64,000 nt of DNA from a virus. Its lineage: Duplodnaviria > Caudoviricetes. Made by a program: the position numbers and the translations under genes. This document shows, piece by piece, positions 16,970 through 26,946 of this stretch. Position 1 is the first letter of the stretch. Each line of letters begins with the position of its first letter. The stretch covers positions 1 to 64,000 of the IMG/VR virus record IMGVR_UViG_3300010340_000454, one strand, 5' to 3'. Under the pieces are notes generated by a model. It saw only the letters and a list, made by a program, of their open reading frames with translations, searched no databases and was not told the origin of the DNA.

Positions 16970-16979
16970 TACTTTACAG
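16970..16979 (-). promoter_or_regulatory. CTGTAAAGTA motif
   Basis: Reverse-strand copy 25 nt upstream of the -35 box. Confidence 0.6.
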
Positions 16980-17010
16980 CTATATAAAGCCTGTTATAGA
17001 GGCATAAAGT

Positions 17011-17826
17011 TTAGCTTTTTATGATCCTTAAGTTTGGCTTTTGATCTTCCCCAAACAAGCAGCTTAGGTCTGTCATAGGATTATCCACTATGGGCAGGTC
17101 TGCCGTATTAAAAAATTGGAAGTTAAATAGCTGAGCCATGAAATCTAGCGTTCCTGATAGGATATCCTTATCTAAAGGAAGGTCGCTAAACTCTGTTCCG
17201 TATATCTCGTCAAGGAGAAAATCTAATACCGAATCTAAATTAGTCTTTCCTGCTAGTAAAAGCCCAAACAACTTGTGAACGTCATAGCAAGTAATTAGGT
17301 AGCAGGCCGTTATGGTAATAAAAGTGTTGTTGTTGTGATTTAGAAAAACGGTCAGCGCTTTTTCCGTTAAGTCTAACTCTTCAGAAGGTTCCAGGTCGCC
17401 GTGAACTATTCGGTATACCTTTTCTGCGTTCTCGGGGAACACACTGCGTATGGCCTTTAGTGGGTCAGACGTTTGATGCCCGGCAGATGACATTTTTATA
17501 AGCACCATTTGGCTTACACGCTGTACCTCTTGTAACAGGGCCTTATTTTCCTCAGGAGTATTATTCCACTCTAAGTTAGATTGGTCCACTTCGTCTTCTA
17601 GGAAATCTAAATCGGTATCACCATCCTCAAAATCATCATCTTCTATAGAATTTATAGTTAATGAGGAATTTATGTCTAATTTAGAAAGCTCGGTTTTAGC
17701 ATCTAACATAATCTGGTTAATCTTTCGCTGAACCTCAATAGGCACAAGCTCAGTGCCTAGTGGGCTAACTCTCAGCACGTAATTTGTTTGCATCACTTGT
17801 GCCTTTGTGTGCTCGTTTACATTCAC
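17011..17826 (-). CDS. Hypothetical protein
   Basis: 271-aa ORF; start uncertain (GTG 17826 or ATG 17793). Confidence 0.7.
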   Translation of the reverse strand: MNVNEHTKAQVMQTNYVLRVSPLGTELVPIEVQRKINQIMLDAKTELSKLDINSSLTINSIEDDDFEDGDTDLDFLEDEVDQSNLEWNNTPEENKALLQEVQRVSQMVLIKMSSAGHQTSDPLKAIRSVFPENAEKVYRIVHGDLEPSEELDLTEKALTVFLNHNNNTFITITACYLITCYDVHKLFGLLLAGKTNLDSVLDFLLDEIYGTEFSDLPLDKDILSGTLDFMAQLFNFQFFNTADLPIVDNPMTDLSCLFGEDQKPNLRIIKS

Positions 17827-17965
17827 TTAACAGTTTTCTTTTATAGGACTTTAACTTATAGGTTTCTTTGTCGCTAGATTGGTCTGACGATATTGCCACG
17901 GATCCTGTTGAGGCATCATCTGAAGCGTATACAGGTTTCATTGATGTAACCTATCTGGTTTAATG

Positions 17966-20107
17966 TTAAGCAACTTTGTTCTGTCTTAAATAACTACGCC
18001 TTTCCTTAAGTTCCAAATTTAACTTATCCATGTTTTTCCTAATCTTGATTGCTTCCTTATCTTCGGGAGACAGCTTCTTGTATTGGTACCGTAAAGAGTT
18101 GTAGTCGTACAGGGTAGCCTTATAAATGGCATCCTTTAAGTAGTCGTTACTAGTCTTCTTCTTGGATTCCTTTTTACGCTTTAATGCTACTTCTTTTTTC
18201 TCTTTGATTACCTCATCTTTTTCCTTGTACCTCTTTTTACCTAAGTAGTAAGAGTGGAGGTAAGCATCTAAAGATGTTAGCGTAGGATTACCTTGAAAAG
18301 CTCGGTGTAACGCTTCTGCCTCTTTCTTGGAAAATACGTATAGTAAAACTTTTTTGGTATTATCTATTTTTCGGATTCGGGTTCTAGTCACACCTTGCAG
18401 AATCGTGTGAGTGGAAAGAATAGAAGTATCAAAATTAGGCAAAAGAAAATCGTAGAATGCCATTACATGGGGTTGCATATTCAGCGCGGCTAAACTTACA
18501 AACACGTTTCTCTTGGAAAATGAGTTAAGTCCGTGCGAGCGTGTTCTAAGCCATTCAAAACCTTTGTGTATAGGAACCATTAAGTCTACATGTTGTGTCT
18601 TGCCAAATCTATTTTGAATAACCTTTCCTAAGTTAGCAATAACTAGAGGTTTTTCTACTACCTCGAAGCCTTCAGTTACTCTCTTTTTCAAGTCTTTCCT
18701 TATTAGTGATTGGATAGCCTTGTGGGCAGGCTTCAGTTTTTCTGCTATGTAATCGAAGCGGTCGAAATCCTTTTCCTTTAAGCGCTTCTCCATAATAGTC
18801 AAAACGCGGCTATTGGGCTCTTTAACAATGTGTTCAACTAGGACTTTAGTGGCTTCCTTATCTTCCAACATTAGTTCGTTAGAGATCAAGGGGACATACC
18901 TGTCTAGGAACTTTAGGTAGTAGTCCTCCCTTCCTTCCTTAACGTGTACAGCATTCTCCAAAAAGTTTTTAGACAACGGCCTATTAAAGTCAAACAGGTA
19001 AATAATCTCTAAGTTCCTGTATCCTTGGTATATAGCTTTTTCTCGTTCCGTATCTACAAGGTGGTTCACATTCCTAAGTTCGTAGGAATTTTGGAGAATT
19101 TTAAACATTAAGGATTCTTCAAAGAAGGCAGATAACAAAGTTACTTTATCGTACCCATGAAAGATTCCGTTTGGTGTTACGAAATCAAAAAAGTGGTAAG
19201 TGTGTTTATTCTTTACTCTTTCTTCTTTGACGAATACCGAAAATTGATCCTGACTTGCCTTCTGGATAAGTTCAACTAACTTATGGTTTTTAGTAATGTC
19301 AGCAAAGTTTTTATACCTATCGGAGTAAGAAGAAGAATCCTCAAGACAGCGAAGCCTATAATAAGGCTGGTATTCACGGTCAATTATGCTTTGCGTAAGT
19401 ACCTCAGCAGGCTCAATCCCTATATTAGGGAATATCTGGAAAGCTACCATGCTATTGAGCAACGCCACAGACTTCTGGTCTATCTGCATTTTATCTGGGC
19501 TTATCTGCATTTCAGCAGCTTCATCAAAAATTACGTGGTAGCGGCCTTTCCTAAGATAGTCTTTTATGGATAGGAAAGTTGCGTGGGTTAAAAACAGGCA
19601 ACTTCCTGGGGTCATTCTTTCCATAATAGTTGAGGCATAATATGTCATCGGTCTAAGTTCCGACATATCCCTAAATCCCGTATACTGGGACAGTTCCTTA
19701 TCTTCCTGTACACCTCTAAATGTAATGCTTAACTTGGTATTTTCGGTTAGTTTAAATACCCTTTTAGTATCTAAGAATACCTGTTTTAGGAGCAGCGTAG
19801 TAGGAGCGCAATATACGATGATTTCCTTCCTGCTTCTTGAGTTGGCTGCAATATAGTCAATAGCCCATTTAGTCTTTCCTACTCCAGGTGGTACTGATAT
19901 GTAGTCCAATACCTTTTTGGTTTCTGGTTCCTTATCTAAAACCAAGTAATTTCGGTTACCAGGAAGGGTAGAACAACCGTACTTAAATAACTTACTACCG
20001 TCAGAAGTTACTAGCTTGGTTTTTCTCTTAACATAAGAAACGGAATGAGGGGAATATACTGACTTGGGTATAGAAACAGTGTAATTAGGGAGATAAACAG
20101 GCTTCAT
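17966..20107 (-). CDS. SF2 helicase / putative replication-origin-binding protein
   Basis: Walker A PPGVGKT, Ia CAPT, II IFDEA, III LLSA, VI QGVTRTRIR; GGAGG RBS. Confidence 0.75.
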   Translation of the reverse strand: MKPVYLPNYTVSIPKSVYSPHSVSYVKRKTKLVTSDGSKLFKYGCSTLPGNRNYLVLDKEPETKKVLDYISVPPGVGKTKWAIDYIAANSRSRKEIIVYCAPTTLLLKQVFLDTKRVFKLTENTKLSITFRGVQEDKELSQYTGFRDMSELRPMTYYASTIMERMTPGSCLFLTHATFLSIKDYLRKGRYHVIFDEAAEMQISPDKMQIDQKSVALLNSMVAFQIFPNIGIEPAEVLTQSIIDREYQPYYRLRCLEDSSSYSDRYKNFADITKNHKLVELIQKASQDQFSVFVKEERVKNKHTYHFFDFVTPNGIFHGYDKVTLLSAFFEESLMFKILQNSYELRNVNHLVDTEREKAIYQGYRNLEIIYLFDFNRPLSKNFLENAVHVKEGREDYYLKFLDRYVPLISNELMLEDKEATKVLVEHIVKEPNSRVLTIMEKRLKEKDFDRFDYIAEKLKPAHKAIQSLIRKDLKKRVTEGFEVVEKPLVIANLGKVIQNRFGKTQHVDLMVPIHKGFEWLRTRSHGLNSFSKRNVFVSLAALNMQPHVMAFYDFLLPNFDTSILSTHTILQGVTRTRIRKIDNTKKVLLYVFSKKEAEALHRAFQGNPTLTSLDAYLHSYYLGKKRYKEKDEVIKEKKEVALKRKKESKKKTSNDYLKDAIYKATLYDYNSLRYQYKKLSPEDKEAIKIRKNMDKLNLELKERRSYLRQNKVA

Positions 20108-20139
20108 AGAAGTGCCCTCCTATATGCGTTTTCTATAGA

Positions 20140-20149
20140 TACTTTACAG
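20140..20149 (-). promoter_or_regulatory. CTGTAAAGTA motif
   Basis: 32 nt upstream of the helicase ATG. Confidence 0.6.
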
Positions 20150-20281
20150 AAAAATTAGCTTGTAAAAATGCTATTTATAGCAAAATTTACTAGTGGAAAA
20201 CAGGTGAAAAACAGCGAATTTTGATGCCTCAAAAACAAGCGGTTTTTTGGAGAAATCGGCTGTAGAGCACCATTGTCCAAA

Positions 20282-20504
20282 TTCATATAGAACTATATAT
20301 TATATATATATAAGAGATAGAGTTATATGAAAATCTTCTGTGAGTGGAGCCCGGAGGGCGGAGCGAGCAGGCTGAGCCGTAGGCGAAGCACATAAGAATC
20401 CGACTGCGGGTGATAAAGTGAGGAAAGCCAACCCTTCCTAAATCGTCTGCTCGCTTCGCTCTCAGACGGCCACTCGCTGCGCTCGCTGGACTAACGTCAC
20501 AGAA
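20282..20504. other. Putative replication origin: AT-rich palindrome plus nested GC-rich stem-loop
   Basis: TTCATATA...TATATGAA (20282-20331). Nested inverted repeats 20336-43/20497-504, 20342-47/20470-75 and 20358-70/20447-59, in the largest non-coding gap at the strand switch. Confidence 0.5.
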
Positions 20505-20810
20505 AACGAAAACCGCTGATTAGTGGCCAACACCTTTTTCTTAGCCACCTTAACTTAGTCTTTAGGCACCTAAACAGAAACTTAGTAAACCGCGATTTTG
20601 TGCTACGCACTATTCCGCACCTTACGCTAACTTACCAAATTCCTATCCTTAATTACATACCTAAATAGTATACTAGGCGCGACGCGCACCTATACAATTA
20701 GGTACCCTAAAGTTAACTACCGTAAAGTTAACCAAAAACATGTTTTAGGCTAACTTCGTTCACAGAAAAAGTACCTAAAAACGAATGCTGCATAATTTGG
20801 ACTGATCTTA

Positions 20811-20820
20811 CTAATTTTAT
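20811..20820 (+). promoter_or_regulatory. Putative late promoter CTAATTTTAT
   Basis: Upstream of the head operon. Confidence 0.7.
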
Positions 20821-20882
20821 ATCAGAGAACGCGAAGTTAGCTTCGTACTCTCAAAATCCATCTACCAAAGTTGGAGTTTATT

Positions 20883-22343
20883 ATGACAAAGAAAGCCCAT
20901 CTAGTTAAGGCGAGTGTTCTTAACGGACACAGCGCCGAATCTAGCGGTGCTCTACTCTTTGTATATGCCAGCCCAACACCGTCGGTTGATAAGAGCGCGG
21001 AACTCTCTGCTTATAAGTGCGGCAAATGTAATACTGAATTTGCAGCCCTGGCAAAGACGGAACCGTTCTGCATTACCTGCGGTGATGAGGACGTGTATGA
21101 AGATAACGAGCAGGTCCTTGACGTTGAAGAGTACGAAGATCCTGATGAGGAATTAGCAAGTATTCCTTGTTCGGATTGCCATACCAAAAACATCGTTAAG
21201 CTGACCACTGCTAGCGTGCTTGGTGCGCAGGTACATTGCGTAACTTGCGGTTCTGCTATTAACTTCCAAGCCCCTGTAGTCGCCGAAGCTGAAGGCGATA
21301 GCGGAATGGACGAAGAAACGAATGATGCTCTACATGATTCGTTTGAAGACACGCTGGAAGAAGATGACCTGACTGGCTCCGAAGAAATTGAAGGCGCTGA
21401 CGAACTGGAAGAAGCCAACGGTGACGAAGGCTCCGAAAGTGAATCTGATGATGCTGGTGAACCGGAAGGTTCTGAAAGCAACGAAGCTGAAGGTGAGGAA
21501 GAAGGCGAAGAGGAAGATGGGTTGGAAGAAACCGACTATGAAGAGGAAACTCTTGCTAAGTTGGTGGGCAACGGTACTCTGACTCTGGACCGCGTTGGTG
21601 ACGTTTTGGTGGCTAGCGTTAATAACCTGCCAGTAGCTACTCTGGCGCGTGACGATGCTGCTGAATACGCTAACGTTTTCCATGGTGCTGAATTTGCTAC
21701 CGCAATTCGCCACACCGTTAAGCAAGTAGGCGTAGAAAAAGGTTTGTCGCAATATGGTTTCGCGTTTGCCTCCGTCAAAGTTCCTGTGAAGGATATTGTG
21801 ACTAAGCGCGTTACTGCTAAAGTGCAGGCCGAAATCGCTACGCTTAATTCTCGCGCTGAAACCTTAGCTGCCGATCTTGAACAGGCTTTTGGTATTGCTC
21901 TTGCTGCTCTTAACAAGAACTTCTTTAAGGGTGAAACCAATCCTCTCAAGACCGCTTTCGTCGATATGCTTACCACTGCTAACGTCCGTAACCCTGCACG
22001 TCAGGTGGACAACGTGTTCAAGGCTCATGGTGACGCCATGAACCGAGCAGCGTTTGAGCTAGCGAAGAAACTCCTCGGTAAATCTGTGGCACACCGTAAT
22101 GAAATTGCAGCCTCTGTGCTGGATGCTAATTACCAAGTGATTGCTTCGGATGAGAATGAGGAGGAAGAAGAGGTGGATGATACTTCTTTGGAACAACGTT
22201 TGGAAGGCGCAGGCCTGAGAAGCGTTGGTAAGAAGAAGGAACATGCGGGCACCGTTACCCAAAAACCTGCTGCTGTGCTTGAAGTGAGTTCGGTCCTGGA
22301 TCGCGCTCGTAAGCTAGGCGGCGGTCGAATCTTCCATAAGTAA
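20883..22343 (+). CDS. Prohead scaffold/core-like protein with Zn-ribbon motifs
   Basis: Four CxxC pairs, a very acidic linker and coiled-coil; first gene of the capsid operon; ATG 20883 with GGAG RBS. Confidence 0.55.
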   Translation: MTKKAHLVKASVLNGHSAESSGALLFVYASPTPSVDKSAELSAYKCGKCNTEFAALAKTEPFCITCGDEDVYEDNEQVLDVEEYEDPDEELASIPCSDCHTKNIVKLTTASVLGAQVHCVTCGSAINFQAPVVAEAEGDSGMDEETNDALHDSFEDTLEEDDLTGSEEIEGADELEEANGDEGSESESDDAGEPEGSESNEAEGEEEGEEEDGLEETDYEEETLAKLVGNGTLTLDRVGDVLVASVNNLPVATLARDDAAEYANVFHGAEFATAIRHTVKQVGVEKGLSQYGFAFASVKVPVKDIVTKRVTAKVQAEIATLNSRAETLAADLEQAFGIALAALNKNFFKGETNPLKTAFVDMLTTANVRNPARQVDNVFKAHGDAMNRAAFELAKKLLGKSVAHRNEIAASVLDANYQVIASDENEEEEEVDDTSLEQRLEGAGLRSVGKKKEHAGTVTQKPAAVLEVSSVLDRARKLGGGRIFHK

Positions 22344-22358
22344 TCAGGAGAATCAAAA

Positions 22359-23066
22359 ATGCTTGACTTCACTCGTACCCGAGTTGTTGAATCTAATGTG
22401 TTCAAGGTGCAGGATGGTTATACCATTACTGCTGAAGGCATGCCTCTGGTGGCTGACTATACCGGTGGTGTGTTTGGTGTGCGCGAAGGCACTGGTGGTG
22501 CAACCGAGAAGTTCCTCGGTGTTAGCATCTCCCAGCAGATGACCCTGCTGTCGATTCCGCGCATTCAGACTGTTGCCGTTCCTACTGGCACTACTCCGAT
22601 CGTCATTACGCTGGATCGTGAACCGCTGGCCGGTTCGCTGTTCATTTATGACGAAACGGCTGCTGTCGTGGTGGCTGCTGGTTCTTCGGCTAACGCCAAT
22701 GAATACAGCATCACTGACAAGGCAGTTTCGCTGAATACGGCTCAGGGTGGTCACACTCTGCGTGTCCAGTATCGCTTTGCCCCGACCACTATCGAAGCAC
22801 GTACCATCCAGGGCGATATTCCTCCTGGCGGCGCTGCTGACCTGACTCTGGGCACCATGGGTACTATCGTTAAGGGCGTTGTTGCTACGACCATGTTCGA
22901 CACTTCTGTGAACTGGAACGTTGCTGCTCCTGTGCTGACGATTGGCTCCAACGGCCTGTTCACTCTGGGTGGTAGCACGCCTGTTCCGGGTGCTGTGATC
23001 CTGAATGTGCCGGCTTCTGGTTCCGTGTCTGATCTGAGCGCTGTGCTCGTTGTTGAGCTTTCGTAA
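22359..23066 (+). CDS. Capsid accessory/decoration protein
   Basis: Beta-rich, strong high-expression codon bias, immediately before the major capsid gene. Confidence 0.55.
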   Translation: MLDFTRTRVVESNVFKVQDGYTITAEGMPLVADYTGGVFGVREGTGGATEKFLGVSISQQMTLLSIPRIQTVAVPTGTTPIVITLDREPLAGSLFIYDETAAVVVAAGSSANANEYSITDKAVSLNTAQGGHTLRVQYRFAPTTIEARTIQGDIPPGGAADLTLGTMGTIVKGVVATTMFDTSVNWNVAAPVLTIGSNGLFTLGGSTPVPGAVILNVPASGSVSDLSAVLVVELS

Positions 23067-23091
23067 TACCTAACCAATCAGGAGACAAATC

Positions 23092-24168
23092 ATGATTAAA
23101 ACCCCTGGTCTGAACTTCCGTACCCCGGTAGTTGCTACTGACCTTCGCTATGGCCGTGAGACCCGCCTGATCGGTGCCGGTGGCGAAGTTAACGCTAGTG
23201 ACAAGATGGACTTGGCTCGCCAGATTGCCAAGCTGATGGAAATGGCTTCTGCTCAGGAAGTTGTGACGGAAGATGAATACACCCGTCGCGCTGAAGTTGC
23301 CAAGACCCACACCGACATGATCCTGGCTGCTTTCCAGAGCCCGGAAGCCCACAAGGAAGTTGGTGCTGCTATTGCTGACGACCTGTATGTGTCGGCTAAC
23401 CGTGAAGGCTTCATGCGTCGTATGCTGGGCCGTCTGGACCTGTCGCAGGGTAACATTCCTCGCGTCAAGATGCGTATGAAGAACACCGTGGCTACCGCTG
23501 CTGGTGGTCCCGTGCAGGTTCGTTCGCAGATCGCCCGCGACAACACCTACTACCCGCCGGAGTTTTACATTCAGTCGCGTATCTTCGTTGAAGAGCGCGA
23601 AATCCAGCAGTCCATCTCTGATGTTCTGCAGGAAAAGTTTGTTGAAGCTCAGGAAGGTATCATGGTGGTGGAAGACCGTACCTGGTACGCAATGGCTACT
23701 GCAACTGTTGGTATCGACAACGAATTTACCACTATCGTTGGCACGATGAACCCGACCGCTCTTGGTGCACTGAAGACCAAGGTGACTCAGTGGAACATTC
23801 CTGCTGACAAGTGGCTGATCGCTACTGACATTTGGACCGACATTGTTGGTGACACCCAGTTCGCTGGTATCATCGACCCTGTGTCCAAGCATGAGTTGCT
23901 GCTGACTGGCCAGCTGGGCACCATCCTCGGCATGACCGTTCTGACTGACGCTTTCCGTCATCCGCAGCACAAGGTGTTGAACCGTGGTGAAATGTTCATC
24001 GTTGGTGATGAAATCAACCACGGCATCTACACTGACCGCGGCGGTGTGACCTCTGTTCCGACGGACGTGTCGCATGAAATGGTTCCGGGTCGTGGCTGGG
24101 CACTGGCTGAACTTATGTCCATGGTTATCGCTAACTCTCGCTCGGTTGCTAAGGCACGCCGCGTGTAA
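23092..24168 (+). CDS. Major capsid protein
   Basis: 358 aa, strongest codon bias, HK97-like pattern (EDRTWY; GQLGTILGMTVLTD; ARRV end); AGGAGA RBS. Confidence 0.75.
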   Translation: MIKTPGLNFRTPVVATDLRYGRETRLIGAGGEVNASDKMDLARQIAKLMEMASAQEVVTEDEYTRRAEVAKTHTDMILAAFQSPEAHKEVGAAIADDLYVSANREGFMRRMLGRLDLSQGNIPRVKMRMKNTVATAAGGPVQVRSQIARDNTYYPPEFYIQSRIFVEEREIQQSISDVLQEKFVEAQEGIMVVEDRTWYAMATATVGIDNEFTTIVGTMNPTALGALKTKVTQWNIPADKWLIATDIWTDIVGDTQFAGIIDPVSKHELLLTGQLGTILGMTVLTDAFRHPQHKVLNRGEMFIVGDEINHGIYTDRGGVTSVPTDVSHEMVPGRGWALAELMSMVIANSRSVAKARRV

Positions 24169-24173
24169 TTGGA

Positions 24174-24200
24174 TAGGGGGGGTAGAAATACCCCCTCTTT
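24174..24200 (+). terminator. Hairpin/attenuator after the major capsid gene
   Basis: GGGGGTA-GAAA-TACCCCC followed by pyrimidines. Confidence 0.6.
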
Positions 24201-24223
24201 CTCTTAAAAGGAGGATAACCATC

Positions 24224-24673
24224 ATGGCAAAAGTTCGTCTCACTGCTTTAGACTACATTATTGTTGCTAGCCATTACGTCGCTACGGGCAAGAGAAAGGA
24301 AGCCCTAAAGATGCTTGAGCAGGCTGCTGCCGAGGAAGACTTTGAAGACACCTTGACCACCCTTGATTCTGCTAATGAGGAAGGTTTTGATGACGGAGAA
24401 GACGACCTAAGCGATGACGATTTGGATTTGGATACTGATGCCGAAGAAGAATTGTCTGTGGCCGTTGCTAACCTGCAGCGGGCACGTCGCCGTCGTCCTG
24501 CACTTGCTGCTGATGCAGACGAAGTTTCCGATTCTGACTCGGACGCTGATGAAGGCGATTACGAAGAAGAAGCTGAAGATGAGGAAGAAGCTGACGATGT
24601 TGAGGAAGTTTCGACCTTACGCAGTGGCCGTCGTGCACGCAATCTGAAATCGCTTGCTCGTTTAAGCCGGTAA
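24224..24673 (+). CDS. Highly acidic head-associated protein
   Basis: Start reassigned to ATG 24224 (AGGAGG RBS); D/E-rich with Arg patches. Confidence 0.7.
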   Translation: MAKVRLTALDYIIVASHYVATGKRKEALKMLEQAAAEEDFEDTLTTLDSANEEGFDDGEDDLSDDDLDLDTDAEEELSVAVANLQRARRRRPALAADADEVSDSDSDADEGDYEEEAEDEEEADDVEEVSTLRSGRRARNLKSLARLSR

Positions 24674-24677
24674 TACC

Positions 24678-24710
24678 AAAAAGGGCGCTCTTTGCGCCCT
24701 TTTTCTTTTT
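24678..24710 (+). terminator. Rho-independent terminator
   Basis: AAAAAGGGCGC-TCTTT-GCGCCCTTTTT. Confidence 0.85.
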
Positions 24711-24720
24711 CTGGTTCAGA

Positions 24721-24730
24721 CTAATTTCAT
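24721..24730 (+). promoter_or_regulatory. Putative late promoter CTAATTTCAT
   Basis: Sits directly after a terminator and before the next operon. Confidence 0.7.
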
Positions 24731-24758
24731 TATACAGAATGAAGTAAAAGAGGTAGCT

Positions 24759-25580
24759 ATGGATATTGGTTCCATTGAAACATTGGGAGTCTTCCATGGC
24801 TTCCCTGCCTTATTTTCTAAAAGATTTTCACCTATACTAAGAGGAAGAAGAAGTGAAACTCCTTTAGCCTTGAACGTTCTGTGGATTTCTTCTAATGATA
24901 TTTGGGCTAACATAACTGAAATTCAAAAACAAACAAATAACCAAGATTATTCTTTCCCATATTGCTTTCTGAAGCTAATGGCTATAAAAGCCATTGATGC
25001 TTCCGACAACCTAAACTTCCTAGCTAGAAACTTGTACAGAATGGGAATACCCGGTAAGGTAGATGCTACCAACTCTTCCTATATTATGCACAAGTTTATA
25101 ACAGCCGATTTCGAGGTAGAAGTTACCTTCGTTACTGATGATTACGACGAAGTAAAAAAATTCATCAATAAATGGAACTTCGTCTCAGTCGAAAAAAGGT
25201 TGAACACCAACTGGGTTTATGACGGTATAAGCCTATCAGTCAGAGTTGAACTAGACGGAAACATTTCGATTCCCGAAAAAGATAACTCAGTTGACGCCAT
25301 TAACTACTATGAAGTTAAGGCCAACTTAGTGATTCGTGGTTTTATGTCAGAAAGCGATCCTGATTTTGAACCCGAAAGGATATCCGTAATAAAGCAATTA
25401 AATATAAGGTATTCTTTGTATGACCCTGCCTTTGAAACCCTGGCTGACCAAGTAGACAGCATCCAAGCAGGCCTTACTGAACCGGAATACGTAACCATTC
25501 CAGGAACCAATAGGATAGAAGAAATAGTAGTCTTAATTGACGACGAAGGTAATGCAACCCTACAGGAAAACATACCATGA
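24759..25580 (+). CDS. Tail completion/terminator-like protein (T4 gp15-like)
   Basis: YSFPYCFL...FEVEVTFVT...YEVKANLVIRGF pattern and position. Confidence 0.45.
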   Translation: MDIGSIETLGVFHGFPALFSKRFSPILRGRRSETPLALNVLWISSNDIWANITEIQKQTNNQDYSFPYCFLKLMAIKAIDASDNLNFLARNLYRMGIPGKVDATNSSYIMHKFITADFEVEVTFVTDDYDEVKKFINKWNFVSVEKRLNTNWVYDGISLSVRVELDGNISIPEKDNSVDAINYYEVKANLVIRGFMSESDPDFEPERISVIKQLNIRYSLYDPAFETLADQVDSIQAGLTEPEYVTIPGTNRIEEIVVLIDDEGNATLQENIP

Positions 25581-26245
25581 GCGCTAACAGTCTTGTTTTT
25601 GATTTAAAACTATTTTCCGCCGACGTTAAGCTTCGCAAGAATCTACTTAGTGCAAGGACTGCCGTTACTAGGGATCCTGCTCACTTGAAAGAGGACGGCC
25701 TCTCCTTAGCACCCGGAGAACTAACTTCTTTGCCAACAGTAGACAATACAAACGCCCTTTGTTTGTATTCTACTGTACCTGTTAAGGTAACTACGCGAGT
25801 AGACAACAACATTTCTAATACTATATTTGAAAACCAAACGTTACTGGTTATCACCTCTAACGTATCTAGCATTGTTATTGAAAATACTAGCCTACAAAAG
25901 GCAACAATTTTTGTTGCTCGCTTAGCCTTGTATAACCCATCTACTCCTATTCAGCCTATTGTACGCCAGCTTATTACTTTCTCTGCCCTATCTAGGATTA
26001 CGGCACTGCCGCAGGCAATTACTAACATTGGAAACGTTACCGTGGAAGACGTTACCTTGTTTGTGTTTACTAACGACCAAGTTACTGCTCCTGCTGTGGG
26101 CGGCGCTGCTTCAAACAAGTTTAGAATCTGTAATTCTGACGGGACGCCTAATGTTAATGGTGCTTACATTATGATTCTCGACGACCTAATCACTCAACAA
26201 AACTTCTCTGGAACTTTGCAGTTCTGGATTGAAGAAACCGCATAA
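25577..26245 (+). CDS. Hypothetical virion protein
   Basis: ATGA-coupled, beta-rich. Confidence 0.65.
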   Translation: MSANSLVFDLKLFSADVKLRKNLLSARTAVTRDPAHLKEDGLSLAPGELTSLPTVDNTNALCLYSTVPVKVTTRVDNNISNTIFENQTLLVITSNVSSIVIENTSLQKATIFVARLALYNPSTPIQPIVRQLITFSALSRITALPQAITNIGNVTVEDVTLFVFTNDQVTAPAVGGAASNKFRICNSDGTPNVNGAYIMILDDLITQQNFSGTLQFWIEETA

Positions 26246-26256
26246 AGAGGTGTAAC

Positions 26257-26835
26257 ATGCCAGAAGCAATCACTTATTACGTAAGCCATGCTGGAAACTT
26301 TGCCGAGTTCGGAGAGTCTATTACTCTCGCAGGTGAAGGCACCCTTTCCCCTTCTCTTACTATTACTAAAGGCGATGCCCCCCGCGCTTTGACCTATCTT
26401 AGCAAAGCCGTTTGGCAAGCTTACCGCGCAGGCGCTATCTCCATCACTCCGAACCCAGATAACATCGGGTTTGACGGCGACATTAGCAGCCCTCTACACG
26501 GTAACCGCGCGTCTAGCGATGTTATTACTTCCGATTACACTGTCACTAAAGATGACTGCGGTAAGGTGAAAGAGTTAAGCCAAGATTACATCTCGATAAC
26601 GCTGCCTAACGCTGTAGACTTTATTTCAGGCGCTAATGGCAAATTCTATGTAACTTTCCTAGCCAGAAACGACAGTTGCGTTTTCTATCCAGGCGATGGT
26701 GCCATTATTGAAAACACTAACACCGCGATTGTGAAAAACAGTGCAGTAACTGCTTTCCTTCACGTTAAAGGCGACGGTGACATGACTGAGGCTGTTTGGG
26801 GTATCTACGGCGGTTTGATTGAAGCGATGACCTAA
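26257..26835 (+). CDS. Hypothetical virion protein
   Basis: GAGG RBS; C-terminal YTVT..D.GK...ITLP fibre-like module. Confidence 0.65.
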   Translation: MPEAITYYVSHAGNFAEFGESITLAGEGTLSPSLTITKGDAPRALTYLSKAVWQAYRAGAISITPNPDNIGFDGDISSPLHGNRASSDVITSDYTVTKDDCGKVKELSQDYISITLPNAVDFISGANGKFYVTFLARNDSCVFYPGDGAIIENTNTAIVKNSAVTAFLHVKGDGDMTEAVWGIYGGLIEAMT

Positions 26836-26946
26836 AACTTAGTTTTGCAATAGGCAAGAGGCTAACTGCTGGAGCCTATTGCCTCTTTACTTAAAGGCTC
26901 CTTATAAAGTAGGCGCAGTCTTAATACCTGTAGGTAGGAGATCGCT

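Noticed and set aside
24074-24223. ORF-track start of the acidic protein at 24074
   Set aside because: Overlaps the capsid gene and a hairpin; ATG 24224 has an AGGAGG RBS.
22960-24243. 427-aa minus-strand ORF
   Set aside because: Antisense shadow of the strongly codon-biased major capsid gene; no RBS or recognisable motifs.
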